Of a stretch of 64,000 bases of DNA, positions 13,151-25,855 are shown in pieces. The notes beneath the pieces are model-generated. The model ran no database searches. It was not told the DNA's origin and saw only the letters and a program-made list of their open reading frames with translations. The first letter of the stretch is position 1. The number at the start of each line of letters is the position of its first letter. The translations under genes and the position numbers were made by a program. Source of the stretch: Eledone cirrhosa (lineage: Eukaryota); assembly GCA_964016885.1 (NCBI GenBank), contig OZ024741.1, positions 371,442,001 to 371,506,000 on the forward strand, in the 5' to 3' direction.

Positions 13151-13604
13151 AATACTTAATCAAACTAACTACGAGACTAACAAACACATAACCATCATAC
13201 TAAATAGCTGCCGACCATCCAACCCCATACCGCTCTAATCGATCGACAAGATCTCAGACCTTATTCGTTTGCCGAGTAGGGTGGACCTCGTCAAATCGGA
13301 CCAAGGAAACAATGTCTCCATTGGTCTTTCTATTGATGTTACTATCTACCGGTCGCAACTCCTGGCAGAAGAAGCAACATGAAATAAAGTGTCTTGCTCA
13401 AGAAAACAACGCATCTCCCGGTTCGAGAATTGAACACGCAACCTCACGATTACGTATCTAACTCTCTAAGGCACGCGCCTTCACTTTATAAAACTAATCT
13501 ATCAAGAAAATTAGAAATTAAAACTAAAAATTATGGAAAACTAAAACTAATCATGCTATAAACTAGCAAAGAAACTAAAATTTATAATTACCAATTAAAT
13601 TAAG

Positions 13605-13915
13605 AACTATGTGGTTAGAATGTGGTTCTTCCAAAGGGTATTTGGAGTAACGTTAGTTGATAGAATGCGTAGCTCGGAGATCAGAGGGTCACTCAGGTAG
13701 AGCCGCCACTTCTCCGAATTCAGAAATTACAGCTCCAATATTACAAATATATGGTTAGAATATCTCAGGAAAGAATCGCCGGACAGATTTTACAGGCAAA
13801 ACCAATCGGTAGGAGACACAGGGGTAAACCCCGAGCAAGATGGTTGGATAACATCCATTGAGGACACGGCTCTCACGACCTTCTCAAGAAGAAGAAGAAG
13901 AAGAAGAAGAAGAAG
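13605..13915 (+). mobile_element. RTE LINE 3' fragment with (AAG)n tail
   Basis: MVRISQERIAGQILQAKPIGRRHRGKPRARWLDNI; same family as 44287-45435. Confidence 0.8.
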
Positions 13916-14276
13916 AAAGAAAAAAAAATTACTATAGATATGATAATGGGAATGCTGTTTATAAGTGTCTAACAAAGCGAGCAAATAGTTATCACATTCG
14001 TACACCTAGTAAAGAAGATTTAGAAATATTTGTTGCCAGTTATAATTTACTGTGTTTAGAATGAAATGAGTTAAGGGAAATAACTGAAATAGGCAATGGG
14101 ATGCATGAACTTGGATAAAAGAAGAACAACAAAAATTTAATTTAATGTGAGAATGTTCTCAAACATAGACCTCGTCCAACTTTGCAATCCAGAAACCACC
14201 ATTGCATTATTCCACCTAAGAAAATCAGACTTAACAATTAAATTAGAATTGGAAACTAAATTGTACAAATGCTTAT

Positions 14277-14353
<77 letters not shown>

Positions 14354-14508
14354 ATTATTAACCCTTTCGTCTGAAGACTGTCATGTCTTCAATACCCGGT
14401 TCCCAGCATCACGTGTTCAGAACGAAGCAGTCACTATGCGGCCATATCCCATCCTACCTCGAATCTCCTTCGTATCGAAAATGCAGGTTGAACTCTCATG
14501 CGAATGTA

Positions 14509-14544
<36 letters not shown>

Positions 14545-14578
14545 TGTATGTATGTATGTATGTATGTATGTATGTATA

Positions 14579-15090
14579 CCGGCAACCCCACCAAGTTTAC
14601 TTGGTGAGGAGGGTGATTTTGGACACCCTGCAGGACAAAAAACAAAACCTGACAAAGGGCGGAAGATCTCATAAGAGTCAACGGCCATCCAAAAGTGTGT
14701 AAATATGTATATACACATGTACATATGTATGTACATGCGCGGGGACATAGAAATAATCGGGCTGGACACCCGATCGCGCGGTTAAACCACTGGGAGTGAA
14801 GGACCCCTAGCCTTTGTCAGGGCTTTCTTCTAGGAGAAGGCAACTCAGGAAACTGGGATAACTCCGATATAAAACCTGCGACTCAGTAGTTACCGATGAT
14901 GTTGATATTTTCTTCTTTTCGGGTTATAGCTACTGTCGCTCAGAGAGTGGGATTGGCTCAGTGCACAGTCTTTCCTCACTTTAAAAAATATCATCACGCA
15001 CAGGCATTGCACGATAGAATTAATTAATAATTATTAATAATGGTATACCGTGCAATGGCCATACTCGATAACCAAGGGGCAGCCATCATC
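14579..15090 (+). mobile_element. Non-autonomous RTE-derived element in (TATG)n
   Basis: RTE 5'-UTR-like GGAGAAGGCAACTC...AAACC motif joined to a short 3' end GGCAGCCATCATC(ATGT)n; inverted close copy at 37980-38573. Confidence 0.75.
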
Positions 15091-15158
15091 ATGTATGTAT
15101 GTATGTATGTATGTATGTATGTATGTATGTATATATGTATGTATGTATGTATGTATGT

Positions 15159-15900
15159 CTTTCTCTTAATTTCGAGTACATTTTTGACTGGCCACCTTCC
15201 TGGTGGCAAAGTTGTAAAAGAAAAGAAATTGTCATCCCTTGAATCGTAAGAATGTTTTGCAAATTTTGAAGGTGCCAGCTATCGCAGCCATTTGTAGTCT
15301 ATAAATTAGGGAGCAGCGTTCTTTGTCCGCAAATTCAAGTTCAGTCATACATTGGTCCAAGCGGGTTGGTATATAACCCGTAGCTCCAATAATGATGGGT
15401 ATGAAGCTAAAGGTGTATCTTGGATACTGGATCTGCAAACTCCTCATCAATGGTCTGTAGATGTCCTCCTTCTCCTGTATTTTTCTGACAACGTTTATAT
15501 CAAGTGGGCAGCTGATCTCCACAACAGAACACGTTTTCAATGTGTGGTCCCAAACAACAATATCAGGCCGGTTGTGCTTTAATTTGGTGGCAGTTTTTAT
15601 TTTCAGGTTCCACCAGTATTCCTTAGTGCCATCAGTCTCAACATATTCCTCCTCGTTTGTTGTTAATTTTGTTTTCCGAAGTGCGCTCCAGATGGTTCTA
15701 GCTATCACATGGTGTCTCATAGGAAGCTTGTAGCGAGACGACATTCTTTCGCAGTTGGCAACAATGTGGCTAACATCTTCGATCTTTGTTTTACAAAGCC
15801 TACATTTATTGTCGACTGATGGCCCTCCTTTTTTGTGTAGCAGATATTTGGTAGGGATTTCTTGTTCCTGTATTGCATAGAGATCTCCTTCAAGGTGGGA
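15159..15900 (-). mobile_element. 5'-truncated R4/Dong-like non-LTR retrotransposon
   Basis: ORF remnant plus ~70-bp 3' UTR, flanked on both sides by (TACA)n. Confidence 0.85.
15232..15900 (-). CDS. C-terminal CCHC zinc knuckle plus restriction-like endonuclease of an R4/Dong-like element (partial, frame open)
   Basis: AIQEQEI, CRLC-x8-H-x4-C, RH..I, NRPDIVVWD, EISCPLD.N...K..EK..Y, PIIIGATG motifs. Confidence 0.88.
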   Translation of the reverse strand, partial: SHLEGDLYAIQEQEIPTKYLLHKKGGPSVDNKCRLCKTKIEDVSHIVANCERMSSRYKLPMRHHVIARTIWSALRKTKLTTNEEEYVETDGTKEYWWNLKIKTATKLKHNRPDIVVWDHTLKTCSVVEISCPLDINVVRKIQEKEDIYRPLMRSLQIQYPRYTFSFIPIIIGATGYIPTRLDQCMTELEFADKERCSLIYRLQMAAIAGTFKICKTFLRFKG

Positions 15901-15971
15901 TGTATGTATGTATGTATGTATGTATGTATGTATGTATGTATGTATGTATGTATGTATGTATGTATACCTGT

Positions 15972-16285
15972 GTGAAAGCACATGGCTTTGTGGTTAGGGA
16001 ATTCGGCTCGCGATCGTAAGGTGGTAAGTTCGATTCCCGGCAGCGCGCTGTGTCCTTGAGCAAGATATTTTATTTCACATTGCTTCAGTTCACTCAGCTG
16101 GCAAAAATGTACCTGTAATTCGAAACGCCAGCCTTGTCAGATTCTGTGTCACACCGAATCTCCCCGAGAACTACGTTAAGGGTGCGTGTGTTTGTGGAAT
16201 GCTCAGCCACTTGCACGTTAATTTCACGAGCAGGCTGTTCCGCTGATCGGATCAACTGGAACACTCGTCGCCGTAACCGAAGGAA
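15972..16285 (+). mobile_element. SINE family B, tail type 1 (decayed relatives ~40070-40265 minus and ~61105-61335)
   Basis: tRNA head (TGGTTAGG, AGTTCGATTCCC), GTGTCCTTGAGCAAG core, long body with GAGAACTACGTTAAGGG. Confidence 0.85.
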
Positions 16286-17501
16286 TGCCTTCCATGTATG
16301 CCTGCATTTATGTGTATGTATATAAAGGCACATAACTACAACAGTAAAAAGACTGTAACAAATCTACAAATGTATAGGGTAGCACAAGAGTTCAATAAAA
16401 GTACGTGGAACTCTGGATGATATAATTCAATGCATAATGAATACAGATCTTCCGACATAGGCAGTTTATTTACAAAAGTCCCTTCAAAAAGATTATTGAT
16501 ACAATACCAAGAATCCTGTATAGAAATGCAATATTGACACCTTTAACAATTCCAGAAGGTGCAGTTAAAAATCTTCGAGTAATTTACACCACTGAAATTC
16601 CCTTTCGGCTCACATAAGTAGAGCTTGATTAAATATTAAGCAAAATAAGTACATATTTAGAGCATATTTAGGGAAGAGGGGTACCATTTTATATAAATTA
16701 AATGTATTTGTCATTCCAGACTAGGTGGTGGAGTGTTATTATAATCATTTAATTGCTTTGGGCCTCAAAAGGACTTAAACCGACCCAGCCCTCGAGGAAA
16801 AAATGTACAATTTCGGTACAATTTCGGTAGAGTTGTTACAGGTTCCCCACTAGGATTTGGAATTAGTTATTTTATATATGATCTATTTTCAGGTAAATAT
16901 AACCTTTCCTGTCTATGCTCGACTAGATACTATCTTTAATCAGGCGATCTTTTGGCCATAACAAAAGATTTTAGAAATGTTAACAAGTTGAACTATGCCT
17001 TGGAAAATTCTCCACTCGTGAAGTTTAATAACAAACACATTTCTGACACATTAACACAGAAACAAACTTTTAATAAAATAACCACCAATACAACACATCT
17101 GTTTACACTAAAGATAATAATAAATGTTTCTCCTCGATAGCGAATAACTAGATAATTATGCATCGTTTCTCCTTGAGACTTTAGTTGTGTTTACGCTTAC
17201 GTTATCCGGTAGTAAAGAAGTTTCCCATAATGAATTTCGTGTGAAAAAACAATCTCATGTGAACACTGGATACTCTAACGCATTAATAAGTAAATACATC
17301 CAAATACTTAAAGGTGCACCAAGAGATATACTGTAAATTACTCTAGCATAATGAATACAGGTAAAATATAGAGTATTAATTAACACACGAACTAGAAAAT
17401 AGGTGAGCTCATTCATAAGAAAATGATAAAACAAGACAGCAGGCAAAATAATTCTAAGGATAAAGTTTCTTTCATATTTTGGGGAATGGGGGAATATACA
17501 G

Positions 17502-17890
17502 AGGGCGGTGGACTGGCAGACAAATGCTTAACAGTATTTGCTCTGGCCATTTCTGTTCTGAGTTCAAATTATGCCAAGCTCTACTTTGCCTTTCATCATT
17601 CCACGGTCGATAAAATAAAGTATCAGTCAGTTACTGAGTTGATGTAATCGACCCCCTTCCCCACTGTTAACCTTGTGGCTAAATCAGAAACTATTATATT
17701 ATATAGCGGTGGATTGGCAGTGTCGGTAGAAGGTCGGACGCCATGCTTTGACTCATAGAGTTACGGCCCTTGCCATTCTGTGTTCAAATCCCGCCGAGGT
17801 TAACTTTGCCTTTCATCCTTACGGGGTTGATAAAATAAAGTACCAGTAAAGCACTGGGTTCTTGCTGGCCTTGTGCCAAAAGTAGAAACA
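17502..17890 (+). mobile_element. Two tandem SINE A copies; the second has a 12-bp TSD
   Basis: ATTATATTATAT at 17693-17704 and 17891-17902. Confidence 0.9.
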
Positions 17891-18431
17891 ATTATATTAT
17901 ATATTGGAACAGAGAAAAAAGGAAGACAACTCGAAGCTCAAAGTAATAAACAAATTACAAAATACAATGATAGACTACTTTTAAAGTAAACTTAATAGCA
18001 GTAAACTTCACAATAAATATTAACAAGGCGGATTAATGTAACCATTTTCCCTGAGTAGCAATACACTTTAATCAAGATGTAATCATGTCCGTACAATCCT
18101 GGTAATAGGCCAAGCTAGATATATACAGACACAAAGGGATTTCCTATAATTCCCAAATCTCTCACAAAAGTCACGAAGCTACAATAAAAGATACTTGTCC
18201 AATGTGTTGCATAATGGAACAGAACCTGGAACTACGTGGATGGGAAGTGGATTTCTTAAACTCACAGCTATACCGGTGCCTACTATAAGAATAATTATTT
18301 ATAAAGACATTAGTGCGTTTGATTGGCAGAATCATAAGAGCATTTGTCAAAACACTTTGTGGTTTTTTGTTCCAGCTTAATGCGATCTGAATTCAAATCC
18401 CCGCCAAGCCAATAGAATAAAGCATCAGTCA

Positions 18432-18775
18432 AGCCATGTATGTACGTATGGTCCCGTAACTCCTGATAGAGTCATAGAGGCGCCGTATTAACATACGGCG
18501 TTTCTTGGACATTTTAAGCCTGGCAGAGACCATCCCTCTCCAGGCCTGAGTACAGCAGATTTCTTCCAGAGAAAGATAGAAAATGAGAGAAAGGAAATAA
18601 GAAAGAGATATAGAGGAAGAATTAACCCCAGTACTAGACTGGTACTTTTTTATCGACCTCAATAGGATGAAAGACAAAGTTGACCTCGGCGAGATTTGAA
18701 CTCCATGAGCGGAGAGCCGGAATGAATACCACGAAGCATTCTATCTGACGTTCTAATGACTCAGCCAATTCGCTC
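18432..18775 (-). mobile_element. SINE family C (A-type head and core with a different 3' module); also ~29745-30030(-), 30393-30695(+), 51105-51433(-), 51653-52025(+), 59050-59285(+)
   Basis: Shared tail GAAGAAATCTGCTGTACTCAGGCCTGGAGAGGGATG...ATACGGCGCC...CAGGAGTTACGG. Confidence 0.85.
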
Positions 18776-19154
18776 CCTCCAGTCAAGTACAGAGGCCAAT
18801 TTAATTGATAAATCCCCAATTCAATTTCCTGACTTTGTGATTCTGTTAGAAATAATTATTTATAAGGACATCAGAGTGGTGGATTAGCAATATTAGTAAG
18901 CATTACTTATTATAACAAAAATATCTTAAATAAAATGACGATGGAAGATTTTAATATAAGTATGAACTCTTTAAAACAGGCAGCTTCACACGACAAAACC
19001 AGGGTGGTTTCAGGCCGGTTGGTATTAAAAAAGTTAATGTATAATTCGTATTAATTATTTTTGAAAGTTTAATGAATATATTTCTATAACTAATATTTCC
19101 ATTAGTAAGCTGACGTTTGAAACATTACTTAACAAACATATCTTGATTAAAATA

Positions 19155-19620
19155 ATTGTTTCTACTTTTGGCACAAGGCCAGCAATTTGAAGGGATAGGG
19201 AAAATTGATTAAATCTACCCCAATGCGTTACCGGTACTTCATCTTATCGACTCCTTGAAGATGAAAGGCAAAGATAATCTCTACGGAATTTGAACTCTGT
19301 ATGTAAAGATCCAGAACAAATACTGCAATGGCCGTAACTATAATTGCCACAAAGCATGTTGTCTGACGCTCTACTGATACTGCCAATCTACCATACTTAT
19401 TTTAAATAAAATAATGGTTTCTGATTTAGACACACAGCCAACAATTTTGGGTGAAGAGAAAGTAGATTAAATCGACTTCAATGGGTACTTTATTTCATTG
19501 ACCCCATAAGGATGAAAGGCAAAGCTAACCACGGCGGGATTTGAACTCAAAACGTAAAGGGTCATTTTATACCGCAAAGCATGTTGTTTGACGCTCTACC
19601 GCATCTGTCAACCCACCGTC
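19155..19620 (-). mobile_element. Two diverged SINE A copies in tandem
   Basis: Reverse-complement core GATGAAAGGCAAAG...GGATTTGAACTC. Confidence 0.85.
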
Positions 19621-19846
19621 CTTACTTTGAAGGCAGTTTCATATGATAAAATTAGGGCAGCTTCAAGCAGGTTGGTATCAGAAAGGTTAATGTATAATTT
19701 CCTTGAGGCTCACAATACATGAGGCAAGAATAATTATGTGAGAAACATAAACAACAGCCTACATCACTCAGCACAAATGGAAATGACGGCAAATGAACAA
19801 CAGTTACCATCTGGTGCAGAGACAAGCTCTTCAAAGTGGAAATGTT

Positions 19847-20135
19847 TTAACCCTTTCACTTCCATATTTTTAGGGAAATACATCACATTTGTTTTTCAAT
19901 TAAACATGTGAATAATTCAAATTTTGAAGGGATTTAGTAACATAGAGGATTCTTCCGCCTCGGTTTTCTCAAGAAGAAGAAGAAGAAGAAGAAGAAGAAG
20001 AAGAAGAAGAAGAATTTAATACATGGTTTAACAAAGATATTCTTCCATAACAGTATTTGTTATTTAAATATGAATACACAAAGTTTGTTATCAGAATTAT
20101 GGCGATTTGGGGCGGGTTGCTATCAAAATGGCTAA
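19847..20135. mobile_element. TTAA-flanked MITE remnant (piggyBac/Kolobok-like); similar right ends near 19037 and 19690
   Basis: TTAACCCTTTC start and GGTTGGTATCAGAAAGGTTAA-type ends. Confidence 0.45.
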
Positions 20136-20259
20136 TGACCTGCGAACCGGAGTTGACACAGCCAATATAACACTCGTTAATCGAGGTTATAACACCACAC
20201 TAGCATGTCTGTGACACTAAGTAATAAACTATGAAACATCTGTCAAGATCCCTCTAATG

Positions 20260-20502
20260 CAGAGGTTCTCAAACGTTTGGGGCCACCACACCCCTCATGA
20301 CCACGTAATACCGTCAGCACCCCCAACCCTATTTCCAGAGAGACCTGCCTACACACAAATTGTAAATGATATACAACAAATAAAATTGTTAATTTATATA
20401 TAATAGATAATATTATATTTACTATGGATAAATAAATATACATTTTTTTATTTTACTATATTTATATATATATGTATCAGTTGATATTTAATATACTATT
20501 AT

Positions 20503-20540
<38 letters not shown>

Positions 20541-20837
20541 ACTATAGTAATGGCACAAGGCCAGCAATTACCCAGTGCATTGCTGGTACTTTATTTTATC
20601 GACCCCGTAAGGATGAAAGGCAAAGTTAACCTCGGCGGGATTTGAACTCAGAATGGCAAGGGCCGTAACTCTATGCGTAAAACATGGCGTCCGAGCCTCT
20701 ACCGATACTGTCAATTCACCGCCCTGGATAATATTATAAATAATAAACTCATAGCGTCCACCCACCGCCCCTTAGGCCTCAGCGCCCTCCAGGGCGGTGG
20801 GGGGGGGGGGGGGGGGCACCCACTTTGAGAACCTCTG
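20260..20837. mobile_element. hAT (Charlie-like) MITE containing a SINE A (20552-20725, minus)
   Basis: TIR CAGAGGTTCTCAAA; TSD CTCTAATG / CTCTAATA. Confidence 0.9.
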
Positions 20838-21259
20838 CTCTAATACAATAACCATACACTTTACTTGCTTTAAGTAAAAATCTGTCCATCAGGCAGGTGT
20901 TTATGCTCGGTTTAATTTTTCATCGGCGTTAGGCGATTGAGAATACAAGACATATCCCTGGACAGGATGCTTGTCCGTCACAGAGTTAACCCCCAGTTAC
21001 TGCCAGTACTCATTTTCAGCTGAAGATGTTAGACAACACACCACACGGTCCAAGAAGCGAACCCATGACATTATGATAGTAAACTCAACCATTAAGTCAC
21101 GAACAAAATTTAGCTGAATGTTAAGTGGGATAGATAAGAATCAGAAAATAGAACCCGGATATTTGGAAATGCCGTCACTTAACATGGTGTTTGCGCCGTT
21201 TAGAATATCACCACAACGGCAAGAGTAGTGTGTCTGTGTGACCGTGAAACATATACATA

Positions 21260-21709
21260 TGTAACGAGTGGCATTAGTAGTATTAGAAGAGATAACAAGA
21301 ATAGCTGAATTACTTTATATATAAAAAGGTTTACTTCACTTCAGTCAAAAAGAACAATAAACAAGTTACCACGAGTTGCGAAGGTTGACAATGTTCTTTT
21401 GTTGTTGGTTCATGAGGCTGGTGTAGTCTGAGACCATAGTGAGAGAGAGTAATGGTCTGTAGTTGTCTGTAGACCTCACAGGCCTGTAGGTAGCAGAGAA
21501 TCTTTCACATAGCTATTTGCTAGCGTAATGCTCCGATCTCTCTGTGTGTAAACGTGGGATAATACAGGCTTTTTATACCTGTCGATTGGTTGTCTGTCGC
21601 CTCGAGGGATCGCCCATGCATGCACCTGTTCACGCCGAAAATGATGGTGACCTAGAATTTGACTTTTAGGTGTCACTCAGGGTTCAAGGCGTGGACAGAT
21701 TTCGCTACA
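21260..21709 (-). mobile_element. Solo LTR (Gypsy-like), 450 bp
   Basis: TGTAACGA...TCGCTACA termini, 4-bp TSD CATA; on the minus strand TATAAAA (~21575) precedes ATATAAAG (~21316). Confidence 0.85.
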
Positions 21710-21779
21710 CATATACACCCGGTCCGAACAGAAAGGAACCAAACTCCCACTGTCACTGCCCCCGCCTTTCCTGCTATCC

Positions 21780-21940
21780 CCATCTCTCACTATTATGAGC
21801 AAATGGGTGCCCACGCGCTGGCCGCCCCGCAGCCCCGGCGGACAGAATAGAGAAGGTGTTTCCCCGGAGGAGGTGAGGAAGACGCGCTGGAAGAGCCATT
21901 CAAGCCCACGAGGCTCACACCTGCGGGTAGCCAACTCAAA
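21780..21940 (-). mobile_element. Second CRE-like C-terminal fragment
   Basis: EPRGLEWLFQRVFLT/LRGNTFSIL with one frameshift. Confidence 0.6.
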
Positions 21941-22654
21941 TAAGAATAATTAGAACGTAAGGCCAAATTTCCACGTGTCTATGATTTACAGTGTAAATGA
22001 CTAGGTGTATATTTATTACAGTCTCATTTCCTAGATATGAGACACGCAAGAGGATTGTGTCAATTTTGTTCAAGTTTGATTTTTATAGTTAAAAATACAA
22101 TACTCAAATCTATTATCATAGAGTAAGAGTTTTATCACCGATTTTCCTAACGCCTCCTTCTTGTTGGTGTTAAGACTTTCTAAACATATCGAGGTCATTA
22201 GGTGCGGTTAAAAAGTTCACTTCGCAAAAACGCACAATAGAATTAAAAATGAATAGAAAACAAGTTATCAACATAAACTAAAATAAGTAAGTTAAGAAAG
22301 GAGCTACAGAAAGCACTGGGCCATAGGTGCACCACTAGAGTTAGTTGGGCTTAATATGGTCAAATTAGTACAATCACAGTCTAGTTACTGAAACCAGTAA
22401 AATAATAATAATATATAATAGCAGAACACTGGTGGGATATATCCGTAGTAGTAGAGCACTCAGGCCATGGGACTAGTTAGGTAGAAGTAGTTCCACAACA
22501 GTTATTTCACCATACCGAGAACAAATGTTTCACCTTATTATATAAGGTGAAACATTTGTTCTCGGTATGGTGAACTAACTCTTGTGTAACCACTTCTATA
22601 TATATATATATATATATATGTATTCCCCCCCCCCCTCTCTCTCTATATATATAT

Positions 22655-22995
22655 AAAGAAAAAAAGATAAAATCGAAAATGCAACTGGAGTCTTATTTAA
22701 AAAAAAATATATATATTTATTTGGTTCCTTTACCGGTTTCGCAGTTCTTCTGCTTTTAGAGTTGAGATGGAGGGTCTGTGGTTTTTCTCACATCTGGTTG
22801 GTCTTTGAATGTTACTTGTTTTATATGGAAAAAAGTGGCTCGAAACGCCAGGTTTTTAGAGAAGTAATTTGATTGGTTGGTCAATAAGTATAATAAATTT
22901 CGCGCCAGTTCGCGTTACAAAGTTCTTCAAACAAGGGGGGGGGGAGTGCTCAGGTTGTCTTTTCATATATGAGTGTTTGAATTACTTTTTACTTA
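22655..22995 (-). mobile_element. Penelope pseudo-LTR, inverted relative to the adjacent ORF; second copy at 26868-27215 and beyond
   Basis: About 330-bp near-identical repeat pair containing a hammerhead remnant. Confidence 0.75.
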
Positions 22996-22996
22996 A

Positions 22997-23497
22997 AAAA
23001 CACACAAAATAATCAAAAGCAAAAGACAACCGAAATCACTGAAAACATTACTCACCAATGCCAAATTACCTACCACAAACCCACAACCAACTGTCAAAAA
23101 ATGTGGTCGCTCTAATTGTGGAACCTGCACTCACCTCATTGAAGGCAAGACGTATACATTTAAATCAGGACAACATTTTCCTGTAAAAAATCACTTCACT
23201 TGCTCATCAAAAAATCTAATTTATGCCATTAAATGTAAAGGATGCAATGAAGATTATATAGGACAAACTAAACTCACACTCAGAAATAGAATGACAGTTC
23301 ATCGCCAACAATTTCGAGATCCAACCACGAGACAGATACCACTAAGCACATATCTAGACATTTGCGCAAGTAATAAGACACCCAAATTTCAAGTCTTCCC
23401 ATTTTACCTTTGCGCTGACAATACAACAGAACAAACACGAATAAATAAGGAAAATATGTTTATTCAAAAATATAGACCAGCATTAAATATGGTTTAA
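22997..23497 (+). CDS. Penelope-like (Neptune-type) GIY-YIG endonuclease domain, 5'-truncated
   Basis: Open frame KRQPKSLKTLLT...KCGRSNCGTC...FTCSSKNLIYAIKCKGCNEDYIGQT...LRNRMTVH...ENMFIQKYRPALN. Confidence 0.9.
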   Translation, partial: KTHKIIKSKRQPKSLKTLLTNAKLPTTNPQPTVKKCGRSNCGTCTHLIEGKTYTFKSGQHFPVKNHFTCSSKNLIYAIKCKGCNEDYIGQTKLTLRNRMTVHRQQFRDPTTRQIPLSTYLDICASNKTPKFQVFPFYLCADNTTEQTRINKENMFIQKYRPALNMV

Positions 23498-24173
23498 TAT
23501 ACATTATGTCAACACCATAACATGCTAACCATCCAAACAGACACATACACACACACATAACACCTTCTACTTTAGAAAATAAAAAACCGAACTAAATAAA
23601 ACTTAACATACGTTTGCGCTGACAATACAACAGAACAAATACAAATAAATAAGGAAAATATGTTCATTCAAAATTGTCCTACTAAAATACTAATTTAACA
23701 TAATATGGTTTGCCTGTCTCGATTTAAAATAATAAATCAATAAAAATAACAAACCTATATTGGCAATGGCCGTGATACCCGGACAAATTCTAAATTTGTT
23801 TTGCAACAATAATTAAGTGAAAGTTACTATTCCGGTGCTCTTCTGCGGGTATCCAGGGGAATTCGTATCTTTCAAAATACTTAAGAAGACTGAGAAATAC
23901 GTGTTGTTGAACGCACATGTGTCCCAGCGCCTAATTCGTCTCATACTCGTGCCGCTAAAAATAGCAGTCGGTTTTATGGGACTAAAATTAACTCAACGTA
24001 TGGAGCCGTGAATATCAAATATTGAGTTATAAACTCGAAATAGTCTTTTACAATTAAATAGCTCGAAGAAGGGAATATTTCCGAACCGAGTATTACAAAT
24101 GAATATATGAGGGATGAACATCTATACCATTATACACGTGTTCCAATTGCAAATGACCAAGTTAGCTAGGTTG

Positions 24174-24218
<45 letters not shown>

Positions 24219-24231
24219 ATATATATATATG

Positions 24232-24278
<47 letters not shown>

Positions 24279-24440
24279 ATATATATATATATATATGTGA
24301 AGGATTCGGGATCCCGATGGCTGAATTGGTGGTGTTCTGGTGGCCAAAATAGCTGACGTCATCAGGAGGGTGGCAATGTCCAAACATGGGCATAGAGTAC
24401 TCTGGGGAGTAATGGTCTAACAGGTTTAGACTGTATCCAT

Positions 24441-24517
<77 letters not shown>

Positions 24518-24656
24518 AAAAGATTCAGGACCCTGACTGTATATATATATTAATTTTTGTCTGCTTTCGGTAATATATAAAGATTGTCAGACCATGAAAT
24601 CTGTGGTTCTGCAAATAATTTTCGTTATGTACGAATAATATATACATATATATGTA

Positions 24657-24715
24657 CGGTGCCCCAGCATGGCCTCAGCCGGATGGCTGAAACAGGTAAA
24701 AGAGTAAAAGAGTAT
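24657..24715 (+). mobile_element. 3' end of a further SINE family
   Basis: GGTGCCCCAGCATGGCC...CTGAAACAGGTAAAAGAGTAAAAGAG, recalled as an octopus SINE tail. Confidence 0.55.
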
Positions 24716-25689
24716 ATGACATTTTACTCTACTGAAAATTAAAAAATTACTCTCTGAAATCCCAAATTACATGAGCTGATTTCCCACCTTATTCGTACGA
24801 TCATTTGCAGTTTCCTACATACATTGATATTGAACACCAGATGAGTAAAAGTAGTACATATCCATCTAATGAATACTATTACAAATCGTCTGGTCTTTTG
24901 ATAATTCAAAACTCATACACTTTATATATATAAAAAATATATTTCTGCTGGATTAGTTTGGAGAAAGGAGTTGCACCGCTGACTTTCACGGGCTCTGTGA
25001 GCAGCTCCGTTTCCAGGCTTTAATACACAGGGGCAGAGTGTTCAGAACATTCGGTGGGGGAAGGACACATTATTATTATTATTTTTTTTTTTGCAAGAAA
25101 CCTATTTCGGGAGGATTTTCCTTTTTTTTTTTCATATATAAACCCTCTTTTCTAAATTTGAGGGTTCCCCACGGAGATAGAGGGGATCCGGAGTAATGTC
25201 ATTCAGTCCCACCCATTCACTTCTTGGCGATAGACCCGTCTCCGAGAATGGTTAGATGGACGTGGTTCAGGGTCCTTTTAAACAACTACAGGTGATTGCT
25301 GCAAAAAAAAGAAGCAACATGTGTAGGCAGTGAGAGACTTTCAGAGGGAGTGGATGTTCAGAAGAGTAAATATTTCGTGCAGAGGTTAGTGTGGTATTTG
25401 GAGTGATAACTCCTGGAGCTAGTCATGTCATTGCAAAGATAGGGGAAGGGCAATGCAGCATAATTAGGCCCACATCAGATTCTGATGAAACCTTTCACTA
25501 CCAAAATGCTTCTAACTGCTGCCATTTGTGTCTTGTTAAAATGAAAAGAAATATTTATTTTAAATTTATTATAACTGATAATTATTTCTCTTTTGTTTAC
25601 ACACATGAGTTTGTATATTTGTATAAAAGAACGTGTGGTGTGATTATGTGTATGTATGTGTATATACATACATACATATATATATATAT

Positions 25690-25756
<67 letters not shown>

Positions 25757-25778
25757 TGTATGAATGTATGTATGTATG

Positions 25779-25855
<77 letters not shown>

